64,000 bases of DNA from an uncultured archaeon (GTDB taxonomy: Archaea; Thermoplasmatota; Penumbrarchaeia; JASLWR01): NCBI GenBank assembly GCA_964430885.1, contig CAYSHM010000004.1, positions 32,001-96,000 on the forward strand, written 5' to 3'. The notes beneath the pieces are model-generated. The model ran no database searches and had not been told where the DNA came from. It was given only the letters and a program-made list of their open reading frames with translations. The translations under genes and the position numbers were made by a program. Shown piece by piece: positions 19,801 through 27,685 of the stretch (its first letter is position 1; the number at the start of each line of letters is the position of its first letter).

Positions 19801-19837
19801 TCCCTCTTAATTTGTCAGTTTTCATAAATATCACCAT
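13877..19837 (-). CDS. Giant membrane-anchored surface protein with ~50 18-aa helical repeats
   Basis: 1986-aa ORF: signal peptide, acidic linker, beta-rich segment, 18-aa repeats, second beta-rich segment, LKVYYWDE...YANVTHFTIFA module, TM helix, KRR and acidic tail. ATG 19825 is the likelier start (GGTGA SD). Confidence 0.9.
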   Translation of the reverse strand: MVIFMKTDKLRGIICVLGMLMLLTAGIGSNVLALMIEEDGNSSAGGVDSSGSEHGGANEEYSEGEEKPDNEVEPSNKNDEKGGGDEGASNKKEDSSQDEKDDNSNNEGIIKSPELPDIADIILDTGRTDYLGGGNYVGINMDKDTFFAVIYGTEENPNAITLVSMYTRYAGVADIEGSDDYLDEEGVGIPVQTIFSQRLDSIYEFKEDYYEPVHDDIDPDEFEDDDTWSYEESDGTESPRTREGDEYPSSEESEMHELLRSVNLEGAWTLSKTIDKNSDHEKKVWGFTLTRENIGYKTYEDNGTGNGENEYAASPGAVEDKTREEYNQPEEVLDSFQLDFEMELVIKEVPLDRVPSYDFEVSDDGFSSKMGYENGGTGVLIELRFSYSKSIIGWDVEPVNEETASNSEGFKDTSLFMKSFTLLGNHISPYVPAWLKEEVLESIEGDGDANYLDEYAMEKELDGREGEDEAGSAVIYSHEEIEFDEAINELQKGEGAIDEYILALVEAFRDRGLSLEHIKETLIVLHNRGIITKSDMVLILIKADGYGIIDAHDIIWILIKVEKELDLDAYELMELMHRYIENGYDIILSEELVEIFLWAHAEGYLDCEELLTYLKKLSYHDKNLYWKDIYTLIHDKEVITTENWADLVLHGYNEGLIEKNDIVDIIIEKFIHGDVHLDLLYDVLQVLYEHGALDKRDFLYILESLLDLEMISEHDLLLVLFDMHSEEKIGRDEYLELLKMVYDQKLLGWERWTELLHIGYLHGYIQLDDIAQILSHAKRDGHLDSDMIKEIIQYLYFDDIMEHQVWLSFLQAVYEKGVIDEGTWIGLVFWTKEIHELEPEILLHHLIDTYHIDGVKLEAWIRFISHGINESYLDEEMLVQLFTIAFSENRLTRRDITDIFVHLDQHLSYNRMALVIAGLYSETKVSNEAGLNTDDNAFMDLDDLRIMLFDLHKRIGFSLTDINGTLVHLHGSSDLSNADIGSLLQMAFLSEKIDENGTDELLGELQNENVANDQHSNDTTNEPPVYDSAQNNMSILENDNTEMGNVIDNIMNAFKNHEDEENEIRLALFQSYNRGEISYQDLLELSVAFLGHYNHTIDDEVGTYAWLVIGGYDEGFITFSEMRDLIMDAFLNEVISTDELYDFFVLSYHKSDLSINDIHDILFRAMHQGKISIDDLTVILFRAQMEDVFELENIHILLKRAFDDGLINITHLKRAISKAYMDGNIELEELKTLLSLFYRNGELTHEDIRRIIKDIHASGDFSKHELKWIIVMLYKENGLNRTHVKKLLVLLYDDGMLTRDELKWLLHSSYEEGNLTRDDLRWLIFHAYKVGELTRDDLWYLAVMMYSEDELERSDLRWLIFHAYGEGELTREDVKWIIFKAYDEGELTKEDVKWLIVHAYNEGKLTRKDMKWIIIHAYNEELLTKPILKWILINAYEEGELTLDDVRWILFMAFKENELTLEDVKWIIGQAYYTGELDLDEFTELLLVSLLSEEINRTHLGELLGMCLDSSVITIDDTAHIIEMLGENGIFEEENLTGIVKWLYEHGSIEGYELIRLLMALREKDHIGRDIIAKIILSNLISKQDLAHADLALFLAALIKGYENKTLSEEDLYYIIYWAVKNADISGINETLFEQIMEKLRELEIFLDIDYWGLIEKKGEAGDNGLYFKDNWQDIGKFRWDSHAFIWKNDTSNDPLKVPVHYYILDTKRLEKRPNWFTLDSEHEGEFNALLMEGGFIYPAAYKIEHGSSFSASNNMFIPLGGQIIIPEIVDGRIRFTAGYDKRAEIPLTLDSVKEVDFLDELGRRLVKAKFFGEGTVSWKLKDLTGLPQKAQDDLPTDKYLIGDTYQADITGQINWYWMMIDYSEDDLPYGISEDSLKVYYWDENSNGWQVAEETWIDTENNVIYANVTHFTIFAPMAEQHSDTGTPTTSGSGFAILIIIILAVVLAIVVVIALYTKRRNAMGEQEPWEDELPSNEIEIDWERYMD
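15430..15950 (-). repeat. 54-bp coding tandem repeat, about 10 well-conserved copies within a longer degenerate array (~14910-18420)
   Basis: Units LTRDELKWLLHSSYEEGN / LTRDDLRWLIFHAYKVGE / LTREDVKWIIFKAYDEGE / LTKEDVKWLIVHAYNEGK; atccatttcacatc-like words recur every 54 nt on the + strand. Confidence 0.9.
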
Positions 19838-19877
19838 CCGTTTTCAAGACGATTATAGAATAAAAAGTTCATGAGTA

Positions 19878-19893
19878 GTATATAAACTGTTTT
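19878..19893 (-). promoter_or_regulatory. Candidate BRE-TATA promoter of the repeat surface-protein gene
   Basis: Minus strand reads AAAACAG-TTTATATA about 40-55 nt upstream of the candidate start codons. Confidence 0.5.
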
Positions 19894-19999
19894 GGTATAT
19901 ATGCGTGAGATATATCATGCTTCTTATAACGTGGGAACAGTTTATAGCTTGTAACTTAAGAGAAAATTCCACATAACTAAAGGAAAGAATGCACGAATT

Positions 20000-22819
20000 C
20001 TAAAGTAGTTCAATAGTTCTTTGGATTGCTTTAAGTGCTCCTTTTGATAACAGGGGATTTTCATCCTGGAATGCGACCAATTTTTCTTTAGCTTCTTTCC
20101 CTTTGTCCATAAGTTTGAGCAGTCTGGCTTGAATAATGTGCCCTTCAGATAGAATATCCATATTATCTGCGGAATTTCCCAATTCGATTAACTCATAGGT
20201 ACAACCCAAGGACTCTTGAATGTCATTTTTAAACCAATTCATACCGCATTTTAAAAGGAGAAGTTCCCGTTTCAGATTGATCATCCGAGGATCAAGTATG
20301 TCCTTACCCACGAATTTGGACAGTCTCCCTGCCTTATTTTCCTGCTTCTTGATAATTGCCAATCCACTGTCTATCTTTATTATGAGCTTGTCCAAAGGTA
20401 TCTCGTTCAAATCCACTGGATCCGATTGTTTAAGGAAGGATGTCCTGAAAACCCTGTTCAGTATTCCAAGATGGGCGAGTTCGCATTTCACCTCATTATA
20501 GATGATATCTGATATAACATGAGGCATTTGATAGGTTTCCAGGAGTCCTCTTGCTTTGGCAAATAATTTTTTAGCCTTTAGGTATTCGCCTTTGGAATAT
20601 AGACTCTCAGCAATCAATCTATTGAAGAGGGCTGTGAGATGGTCGTCCCTTCTTCCAGACTGGTTAAGTGCCTTTTTAGCCAGTTTTTCAGCTTTTTCCG
20701 GCAGGCCACAATCAATATAGGTTTTGATAAGGCCCAAATAGATCCTCCCTGCTCTGGCAAATCCGCCGTCTTCATTTGATGATATGCATTTTTCGATCTC
20801 ATTTTCAGCCTTTTTGAACCATTTGGACGCTTCATTATGATCCTGAAGAGATACCTGTTTGGCTATCTCCGTACAAACCCTAGCTTTTTCGAAGCTGTCA
20901 TTTGATGTGTACAGGCCTTTTTCAAGTTCTATGACCTTGGCATTCATGATATCGTGTTGGCGGACCTTCCGCTGCATCTCTTTTAGGGCTTGATATACTG
21001 ATTTTTTGGATATACTTCCCAATTTTCCTTTTCCCCAATAGTCCCATTTATTTTCCTTCAATAATCTTTCAGCCCTTTTCAGATGCTTTTTTGATCTTCT
21101 AATGTCCTTTTCCTGGTATGATATTTCAGACATGTAGACCTCAATGGAAGGGTGGGATTCCCCGATTTTTTTTCTGATCCTTGATAAGAACTCCTTGAGG
21201 ACCTGTGAATGAGGTCCGCGGGTAAGCCATAGGTCCGTCTCGGAAAGAGCTATAAGGGCCTTTTCAGCCGATCCAAGACTGATAAGATGATGCATATATT
21301 CCAGAAAATATATGTCCAGATCCTCAATAATTGATTTTGGGAGGTAATCGCCCTCCTTTTCCCGCTGAAATATCTCCTGAAGGTATTCCCCAAGGTAGTT
21401 GAGAAGTTCTTTCCGCTCCCTGTAGCCGATTTCCTTGGTAATGATCTCAGCTATATGATCATGTACTATATACAGTCCGCCTTCAGTACGGTCAACCAGA
21501 AGGATCGAGTTCAATTTCTCCATTAATTCAGTACCATTTGGTATAATATCTTCTTCCACAGGGACCGTGCACAGAGAAAGAGTTTTCAATAATTTGGTTG
21601 TGTCTTTTTCCAATCCGGCAAGAACCTCTCTTCCTAGTGAACCTTCCTTTCTTGCGGCGATATTTCCTGTCAGCACCTCTTCTTTCCTCAATAATTCCAC
21701 CTGCAACGGTATCCCACCAGTGGCTTTAAGGATCATATTACCCATCTTTTCATCCAATTTATCAGCCCTGCCAAAGATCCTGAGGGAAGCAAGCTGACAG
21801 CATTCAATTTGGGTCAATGGATTAAGCACTATCTTATTCACCCTTTCACCAAGCTTCAATGTGGAATAATCCATTTTTTTTGTTTTTCCCCTTGAAAGAA
21901 GCAAAAAAACTATGTGGCCGCAGCTGCTTGAGACAGTAAGGATCTCTTTTAGCATTTCCTCTAGGCCATCTGGTGCATTGTGCAGGTCGTCAAGGACAAT
22001 CAATATTTTTTTCAGCGATTCGCTGCGCCTGAGCGTTTCGGATAGTTTATCAGATTCAGACCTGTCGAGGAATTCAATCAATTCTTTTCTTAAGGACTCC
22101 AATCCATACCATTTTCTGAACCTTGCATAGAATATATTGTGGCTGGATTTCATTGATCTTATGATTTCACTGGCTAAGGCACTCTTGCCCATTCCGGCCA
22201 TGCCGTACACCCTAAAGCATCGGAAGCCTCCTTTAATCAAGAAGCTAATAATTTTCTTTATTGCGCTCTTTCTTCCAATGAATTCCCCTGTATTAACCAG
22301 ATCCGATAAATGGTGTTTTTTTCTAGATTCCTCCGAACTGCAAGTGGCCCCCCTATCATCCAAAAGATCTGGCAGTTGAGTAAGGTCAATAGTACTGTTT
22401 TTATTAGTCAATATATCAATAAGATGGAAATAAGATACATTTGGATTTATCTTCCTAGCCTCCCTGAAAACATTTAGTATTTTCATTCTTTTCTGTGCAT
22501 CGGCTATGATTACAAGGACGGATTCCCTTTCAATAAAATCAATTATCTTTTTCCCCTGTTCACATCCTGAAGATGACAGTCGATATGCTTTCATCTTTCT
22601 TTTCTGCCCTTTGAAATGGCTGTTCTTAGTCTCCAAAACACCATTTTTTTCCAATTCCTTAAGAGCTCGGGAAACATTGGACTGGGCCATGTTCAGGGCT
22701 TGGGATATCCCCTTCTGGGACACCTGGAGCGGCTGGACGAATTCTTCTCTAAGAGATCGGTATCTCATCAGCCAAAGAATAATTTTTTCTATGATGGATA
22801 GATTGATATTCAAGTTCAA
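20000..22819 (-). CDS. wHTH-STAND (NB-ARC-like) NTPase-TPR-like protein, putative transcriptional regulator
   Basis: N-terminal HTH (SQKGISQALNMAQSNVSRALKELEKNG), FIGR, Walker A GMAGMGKS, Walker B LIVLDD, TGGIPL (GxP), VHD, helical TPR-like C-terminal half. Confidence 0.85.
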   Translation of the reverse strand: MNLNINLSIIEKIILWLMRYRSLREEFVQPLQVSQKGISQALNMAQSNVSRALKELEKNGVLETKNSHFKGQKRKMKAYRLSSSGCEQGKKIIDFIERESVLVIIADAQKRMKILNVFREARKINPNVSYFHLIDILTNKNSTIDLTQLPDLLDDRGATCSSEESRKKHHLSDLVNTGEFIGRKSAIKKIISFLIKGGFRCFRVYGMAGMGKSALASEIIRSMKSSHNIFYARFRKWYGLESLRKELIEFLDRSESDKLSETLRRSESLKKILIVLDDLHNAPDGLEEMLKEILTVSSSCGHIVFLLLSRGKTKKMDYSTLKLGERVNKIVLNPLTQIECCQLASLRIFGRADKLDEKMGNMILKATGGIPLQVELLRKEEVLTGNIAARKEGSLGREVLAGLEKDTTKLLKTLSLCTVPVEEDIIPNGTELMEKLNSILLVDRTEGGLYIVHDHIAEIITKEIGYRERKELLNYLGEYLQEIFQREKEGDYLPKSIIEDLDIYFLEYMHHLISLGSAEKALIALSETDLWLTRGPHSQVLKEFLSRIRKKIGESHPSIEVYMSEISYQEKDIRRSKKHLKRAERLLKENKWDYWGKGKLGSISKKSVYQALKEMQRKVRQHDIMNAKVIELEKGLYTSNDSFEKARVCTEIAKQVSLQDHNEASKWFKKAENEIEKCISSNEDGGFARAGRIYLGLIKTYIDCGLPEKAEKLAKKALNQSGRRDDHLTALFNRLIAESLYSKGEYLKAKKLFAKARGLLETYQMPHVISDIIYNEVKCELAHLGILNRVFRTSFLKQSDPVDLNEIPLDKLIIKIDSGLAIIKKQENKAGRLSKFVGKDILDPRMINLKRELLLLKCGMNWFKNDIQESLGCTYELIELGNSADNMDILSEGHIIQARLLKLMDKGKEAKEKLVAFQDENPLLSKGALKAIQRTIELL

Positions 22820-23559
22820 ACCTCAATTCCGCATTTCCTGCACTTGCTGGATAGCATGACATTAACCTTGGATTTGCATCTTAGGCATAGGTATTCTGCT
22901 CGGCAAGATATACACTTGGTAGCCATCAATGGCATGGGTTGGCTGCATTCAATACATCTGTACTTTTTACCGCAGAACCTGCAGTTCAATGAAAAACCTG
23001 AAATGAACTTGCTGCATTGGGGACATTGAACCTTGAAATTTCCTTTACATGTCCTGCATCGCCCGCTTCCCCTGCAAATTTTGCACGGTCTTCTAAGCAA
23101 ACCTCTTTTCCCTTTACCGGAACATTTTCTGCATTTAAGGGTATTCTTGCAGTCCGGGCAGAAAATTCCATATTCCTTTCTATTCCTCTTAACCTCTTTA
23201 AGCTGTTTTCCGGCCATTCTTTCCAGCTCTTCCTTTGATACCTCCTCAACATTCTCTTTTTCCTTATCGTAATATTTGTGTCCGTCATGATCTATCTCAT
23301 GGATCCCATCCACTCCAACCACCTTGACATTGTCCATTGTTATAACCTTTTCGTCTCTGCTCCAATCATATTCCTTGCTCACGCTGGACATGTCCCATTC
23401 CTTCACCTCTTCCTTCTGGTAGGCCACGAGGTCTACATCTTTGTAGTCTTTTACCTCATTCTTAGCTTCGTGATCTACGATTAGATGTGTTCCATCCATC
23501 CAGCCTTTTTCCTTTCCATCGTCTTTTTCATCCTTTCTCTTATTGTCTTTTTCCGACAT
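22816..23559 (-). CDS. Multi-zinc-finger protein (DnaJ-type CxxCxGxG plus double zinc ribbons)
   Basis: Charged N-terminal half, then 10 CxxC pairs including CRKCSGKG and CKICRGSG; stop overlaps the start of the STAND gene by 4 bp. Confidence 0.8.
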   Translation of the reverse strand: MSEKDNKRKDEKDDGKEKGWMDGTHLIVDHEAKNEVKDYKDVDLVAYQKEEVKEWDMSSVSKEYDWSRDEKVITMDNVKVVGVDGIHEIDHDGHKYYDKEKENVEEVSKEELERMAGKQLKEVKRNRKEYGIFCPDCKNTLKCRKCSGKGKRGLLRRPCKICRGSGRCRTCKGNFKVQCPQCSKFISGFSLNCRFCGKKYRCIECSQPMPLMATKCISCRAEYLCLRCKSKVNVMLSSKCRKCGIEV

Positions 23560-23738
23560 ACTGAACAATTATAGACCTTTCTTAATATAAACCAATTTTG
23601 TGTAGAAAATATCTTATTCAAATAGTATTTCAATGAGAATAATATATTTCATTCCTCAGGGCAGTATCATATTTATAAAGCTTGGATTACATACCGATTA
23701 AACGCAGTGAATTTAGATTATATGGAGGATGTAAATCT

Positions 23739-24305
23739 ATGGTTCGGAGGATATTGGTAGGGATAACCGGAGCCAGCGGGGTCAGGTACGGAGCGGCCTT
23801 GGTAAGGGCACTCAGTTCAGCATATATGCCATTAGATCTCATTGTTTCTAAATATGGTATGGAGGTTCTCGAGGACGAGGCTCCTGATGCAATTACTGAA
23901 ATAAAGGAACAGGTGAACAATCTGTATTCAAATGAGGATATGTTCAAACCGCCAGCATCTGGTGGGGCGGATTATTCAGCCATGGTAATAATGCCGTGCA
24001 CCCTCAATACCGCAGGCAAGATATGCAATTGTCTAGCGGATAATCTCATCACACGGTCTGCTCAGGTCATGATGAAAGAAAGAAGAAAATTGATCATAGT
24101 TCCACGGGAAACGCCACTTTCCACCCTCCATCTAAAAATGTTCTATGAGCTTTCAAAGAATGGTGTGACTGTTGTCCCAGCATGCCCGGGATTCTATCAT
24201 TTCCCCAGGAGCCTCAACGATCTTGATACATTTATGGTGCAGAAGATACTTAATTTACTGGACATTCCTCATGAACTGATGGAACCTTATAAAGGGCGGG
24301 AATAA
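23739..24305 (+). CDS. ubiX: Flavin prenyltransferase UbiX
   Basis: VGITGASG, ASGG, MPCTLNT, ADNLITRSA..MMKERRKL...PRETP, PGFYH; GGAGG SD before ATG 23739. Confidence 0.9.
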   Translation: MVRRILVGITGASGVRYGAALVRALSSAYMPLDLIVSKYGMEVLEDEAPDAITEIKEQVNNLYSNEDMFKPPASGGADYSAMVIMPCTLNTAGKICNCLADNLITRSAQVMMKERRKLIIVPRETPLSTLHLKMFYELSKNGVTVVPACPGFYHFPRSLNDLDTFMVQKILNLLDIPHELMEPYKGRE

Positions 24306-24496
24306 GAAGAAACGGGAATCCTAAGGATTCATGTTATTACTGTGTAATTATGTTTAAAGGAATAATTGGGGATAAATAAGTTATATTAAAATATATAATT
24401 TGCCGGAAGGTATTGACTTGATATACCTTAACATAACCAATTATTATAATTGTTAATTTCATTACGCGAATCTAAAATATTTGCAGGGGCGAGAAA

Positions 24497-24763
24497 ATGA
24501 AGTTCAGTGAGAAGATAAATCAGATAGTAGCGGTCTTGGACGATTTGGCAGAAGATAATTCAGTACCTAGGAACATTCGTAAGGGCGCAAAGGATTCCAA
24601 GGCATTGATTCTAAATCAGGATGAGGAAAAGGATGTAAGAATGGCCAGCGCGATTTTCATACTCGATGAACTTGCTAATGATCCCAATATTCCACTTCAT
24701 GGGCGGACCCGAATCTGGAATATTATTTCCCAATTGGAAACCGTGGCGGAACTGGAAGATTGA
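24497..24763 (+). CDS. UPF0147 family archaeal protein
   Basis: EDNSVPRNIR, LDELANDPNIPLHGRT.IWNIISQLE. Confidence 0.9.
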   Translation: MKFSEKINQIVAVLDDLAEDNSVPRNIRKGAKDSKALILNQDEEKDVRMASAIFILDELANDPNIPLHGRTRIWNIISQLETVAELED

Positions 24764-24835
24764 TTATCACTAGATTAGGTGAAAATTTATCATTTCAATG
24801 ATCTCCTTCTGCTTTATTTAGGGGATCAGGCGAAT

Positions 24836-25672
24836 TCAATTTGTATCTATTGACCGATCATTTTTATTAATGTGCAGTAGATTTGAGATTTCTACATAGT
24901 CCTTTATACTTAGCTCTTCAGCTCTTTTATCTAGAAATTCTTTCATTTCGGGGATGATCAAGGACTGATTCAGATATGATTCTTCAGCATTTTTAAAGGC
25001 ATTAGCTAGTTTTTTCCTCCTGTATTTGAAAGCTTCCCTTACAACACTTAGGAATATGGAATGATCCAGAAGATTTTCCTTATTATCACGTTTTCTTAAC
25101 CTGACCAATGCGGAGTTGACCTTGGGTGCCGGGTAAAAAACATTCTTTGAGACCTTTTTTATTATCTCAATATCGTAATAATATTGGCTCACCACACTAA
25201 TACGGGAATAGGAACCGCTTCCCAATCTAGCTGACAATCGTTCTGCAAATATGTCCTGATACATTAATACGGCAAGATCTACATTCCTCTCTGAAAGCTG
25301 GAGGGTCAGAGGTGTTGAAAGATTATAGGGCGGATTTGAAACAATTTTATTGAACCCTGTCAAATTCACCTTCATTATGTCATCAGATATCAGTTCCAGA
25401 TTGGGATATCTCGGTAACAATTTATTTTTGAGGTATTCGAAAATCTTTTTATCCTTCTCCACAGCAATTACTTTTGATCCCCTGAGGAGCAGTTTTTCAG
25501 TAAGAAAACCCAACCCTGGTCCAACTTCCAGAATGACATCTTTCTCGGAGATATCGGCAGTTTGGACCTCTATTCGTAGGATATTATCATCCATTAAAAA
25601 GTTTTGACCCAATCCTTTCTTTGCCCTAATGCCCAGCCCCATTAAAATTTCCTTTACCTTCTGGACCTTCAT
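24836..25672 (-). CDS. ksgA: 16S rRNA adenine dimethyltransferase KsgA/RsmA
   Basis: KKGLGQNFL, LEVGPGLGFLT, SNPPYNLS, FYPAPKVNSA, RRKKL. Confidence 0.95.
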   Translation of the reverse strand: MKVQKVKEILMGLGIRAKKGLGQNFLMDDNILRIEVQTADISEKDVILEVGPGLGFLTEKLLLRGSKVIAVEKDKKIFEYLKNKLLPRYPNLELISDDIMKVNLTGFNKIVSNPPYNLSTPLTLQLSERNVDLAVLMYQDIFAERLSARLGSGSYSRISVVSQYYYDIEIIKKVSKNVFYPAPKVNSALVRLRKRDNKENLLDHSIFLSVVREAFKYRRKKLANAFKNAEESYLNQSLIIPEMKEFLDKRAEELSIKDYVEISNLLHINKNDRSIDTN

Positions 25673-25697
25673 GAACTAACCACATCTAAAAAAAGCA

Positions 25698-26948
25698 TCA
25701 AACCCCTGCGAGAGTGAGGTCCTTATCGCACAAAGACATTTCCTGTTCTTCCCTTATCACCTTGCCGAGTCTTTTAATACCTTCCTCAATATTTTCATTG
25801 GTTGAATAGGAGAAGTTCAGTCTGAATGTTTCCTTTTGAGCTCCATCGGAGAAAAAAGCATCTCCAACAACATAGGCCACCTGGTTTGAAATCGCTCTTT
25901 TAAACATGGATCTGGCATTCATCCCTGCTGGGAGGGTGACCCATAGAAACATTCCTCCTTTTGGAATGGTCCATTTTACATCATCGGGGAAATGTTCGTT
26001 GATAGCATTGAGCATGATCTTCTGTTTTTCACTATATAATTCAATGGTCTTTTTTAGCTGTTCATCAAGGTATCCGCCATTGATGTATTTGAAGGCAACA
26101 TATTGTCCGAAACTGTTGGAGCAGAGGTCCATAGATTGTTTAACCAAGCAAAATTTGTTCAATAATCGATCGGAGGCAATTATCCAAGCCAGCCTAAATC
26201 CAGGGGCGAGTATTTTTGAAAAGGTTCCCAAATAGATGACCCTTCCCTTTGTATCAAAGGTTTTTATTGAAGGGGGCGCTTCACCATCAAAGGTAAGTTC
26301 TCCGTAGGGATCGTCCTCGACTATGAGCATATCATAGGCCGAAGCGACATCAAGTAGGTTCTTTCTTTTATTGACGGACATGGTAATGCCGGATGGATTC
26401 TGGTATGTGGGGACGGTATAGATGAACTTGGGATGTATCCCATTCCTTTTCAGCCGCTTGATATTTCTTATGAGTCTCTCAATGTTGAATCCGTCCATCT
26501 CAAGGGGAATGGATTCACATTTTGCCTCGTATGCCCGGAAAGATTGAATGGCCCCTAGATATGTGGGTGCCCCAACAATTATGGTATCGCCTGGATCGAT
26601 AAGGGCATGAGAAATCAGCGATAATCCCTGCTGAGATCCGTGTGTGATAAGAATGTTATCCTTTGTGCAATCAATATTCTTTATCCTTCTCATTCTATTG
26701 GCAATTTCGGCACGGAGGGACGGTAGACCTTCAGTGGTCCCATACTGAAGAGCTTGAGCAATATCATTTTCAAATATATCATCAATACATTTCTTCATGG
26801 CCTTCACTGGAAAGCTTTTCGGATTCGGCAGTCCGCCGGCAAGAGATATCATGCCCGGTACTTGTGTTATCTTTAAAAGCTCTCTGATCTCTGAAGCCTT
26901 CAGTTTTTCGCTTCTCGCTGAAAATAATCTGTCAAGATTGACTACCAT
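25698..26948 (-). CDS. PLP-dependent class I/II aminotransferase (LysN/aromatic-type)
   Basis: SEIRELLK, ISLAGGLP, YTVPTYQNPSG, EDDPY, GTFSKILAPGFRLAW, GGMFLW; ATG 26948 follows GGAG. Confidence 0.92.
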   Translation of the reverse strand: MVVNLDRLFSARSEKLKASEIRELLKITQVPGMISLAGGLPNPKSFPVKAMKKCIDDIFENDIAQALQYGTTEGLPSLRAEIANRMRRIKNIDCTKDNILITHGSQQGLSLISHALIDPGDTIIVGAPTYLGAIQSFRAYEAKCESIPLEMDGFNIERLIRNIKRLKRNGIHPKFIYTVPTYQNPSGITMSVNKRKNLLDVASAYDMLIVEDDPYGELTFDGEAPPSIKTFDTKGRVIYLGTFSKILAPGFRLAWIIASDRLLNKFCLVKQSMDLCSNSFGQYVAFKYINGGYLDEQLKKTIELYSEKQKIMLNAINEHFPDDVKWTIPKGGMFLWVTLPAGMNARSMFKRAISNQVAYVVGDAFFSDGAQKETFRLNFSYSTNENIEEGIKRLGKVIREEQEMSLCDKDLTLAGV

Positions 26949-27097
26949 ATGATTACGCTCCAAAGCAATCTATGATCTAATATTGAATTATTCGAAATTG
27001 GGGAATTAACTGACAATGACTGGATTGTTACAACAACTGGAATATAATATTTTATATTTTGCGGAGAATTATTCTGCTTGTGCGAATTCACCCATAT

Positions 27098-27685
27098 TTA
27101 TACTCTCCAGAGATGCAGCAGAAAATCAATTTCCTCTTCAACTATCAAAGAATGACTCTTTTGTTGGGCAGTGAAAATGTTTAGAGAATTTTTAAAATAT
27201 TCATCAGGTCCAATATCGGAAATTTCCAAAATGGTATTTCCGAGACTGCATTGAATACTATAATGAAATATTCTTATTCTGCTTCCGTTGCCAAATGTAT
27301 ATGAGGTCAGATTGTCTAGAACATATTCGATAGGCCTTTCTATACCCATCACGAGACTATTTTCATCCACCCTGCTGATGTTATCGCGAAGCAAAAGGTC
27401 CTCAGTAATAAGCTGAAATACATTCCTATTGATTAATTCCACATTGACAAACTCACCGTCATTGTTCTTGGTGTAATTGGTTCTTTGAATCGTACACTCT
27501 AAAAGCGTGTCTAGAGTATCTCTGCAGTAGTTAGCATCATCTCGGAGCAGTACCGTTCTCTCTACATTTTGGACAAATGACACATTGAGAAAAACCGATC
27601 CGATGATCATGATAAAAAAGAAAAGCATAGCATCAATAAGTGCCGATTGCCCATCCCCATCACTTCCGAAAACCTTCATGACCAT
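27098..27685 (-). CDS. Hypothetical protein with single N-terminal hydrophobic helix, possibly pilin-like
   Basis: DG|QSALIDAMLFFFIMIIG followed by a soluble domain; overlaps the upstream gene. Confidence 0.65.
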   Translation of the reverse strand: MVMKVFGSDGDGQSALIDAMLFFFIMIIGSVFLNVSFVQNVERTVLLRDDANYCRDTLDTLLECTIQRTNYTKNNDGEFVNVELINRNVFQLITEDLLLRDNISRVDENSLVMGIERPIEYVLDNLTSYTFGNGSRIRIFHYSIQCSLGNTILEISDIGPDEYFKNSLNIFTAQQKSHSLIVEEEIDFLLHLWRV

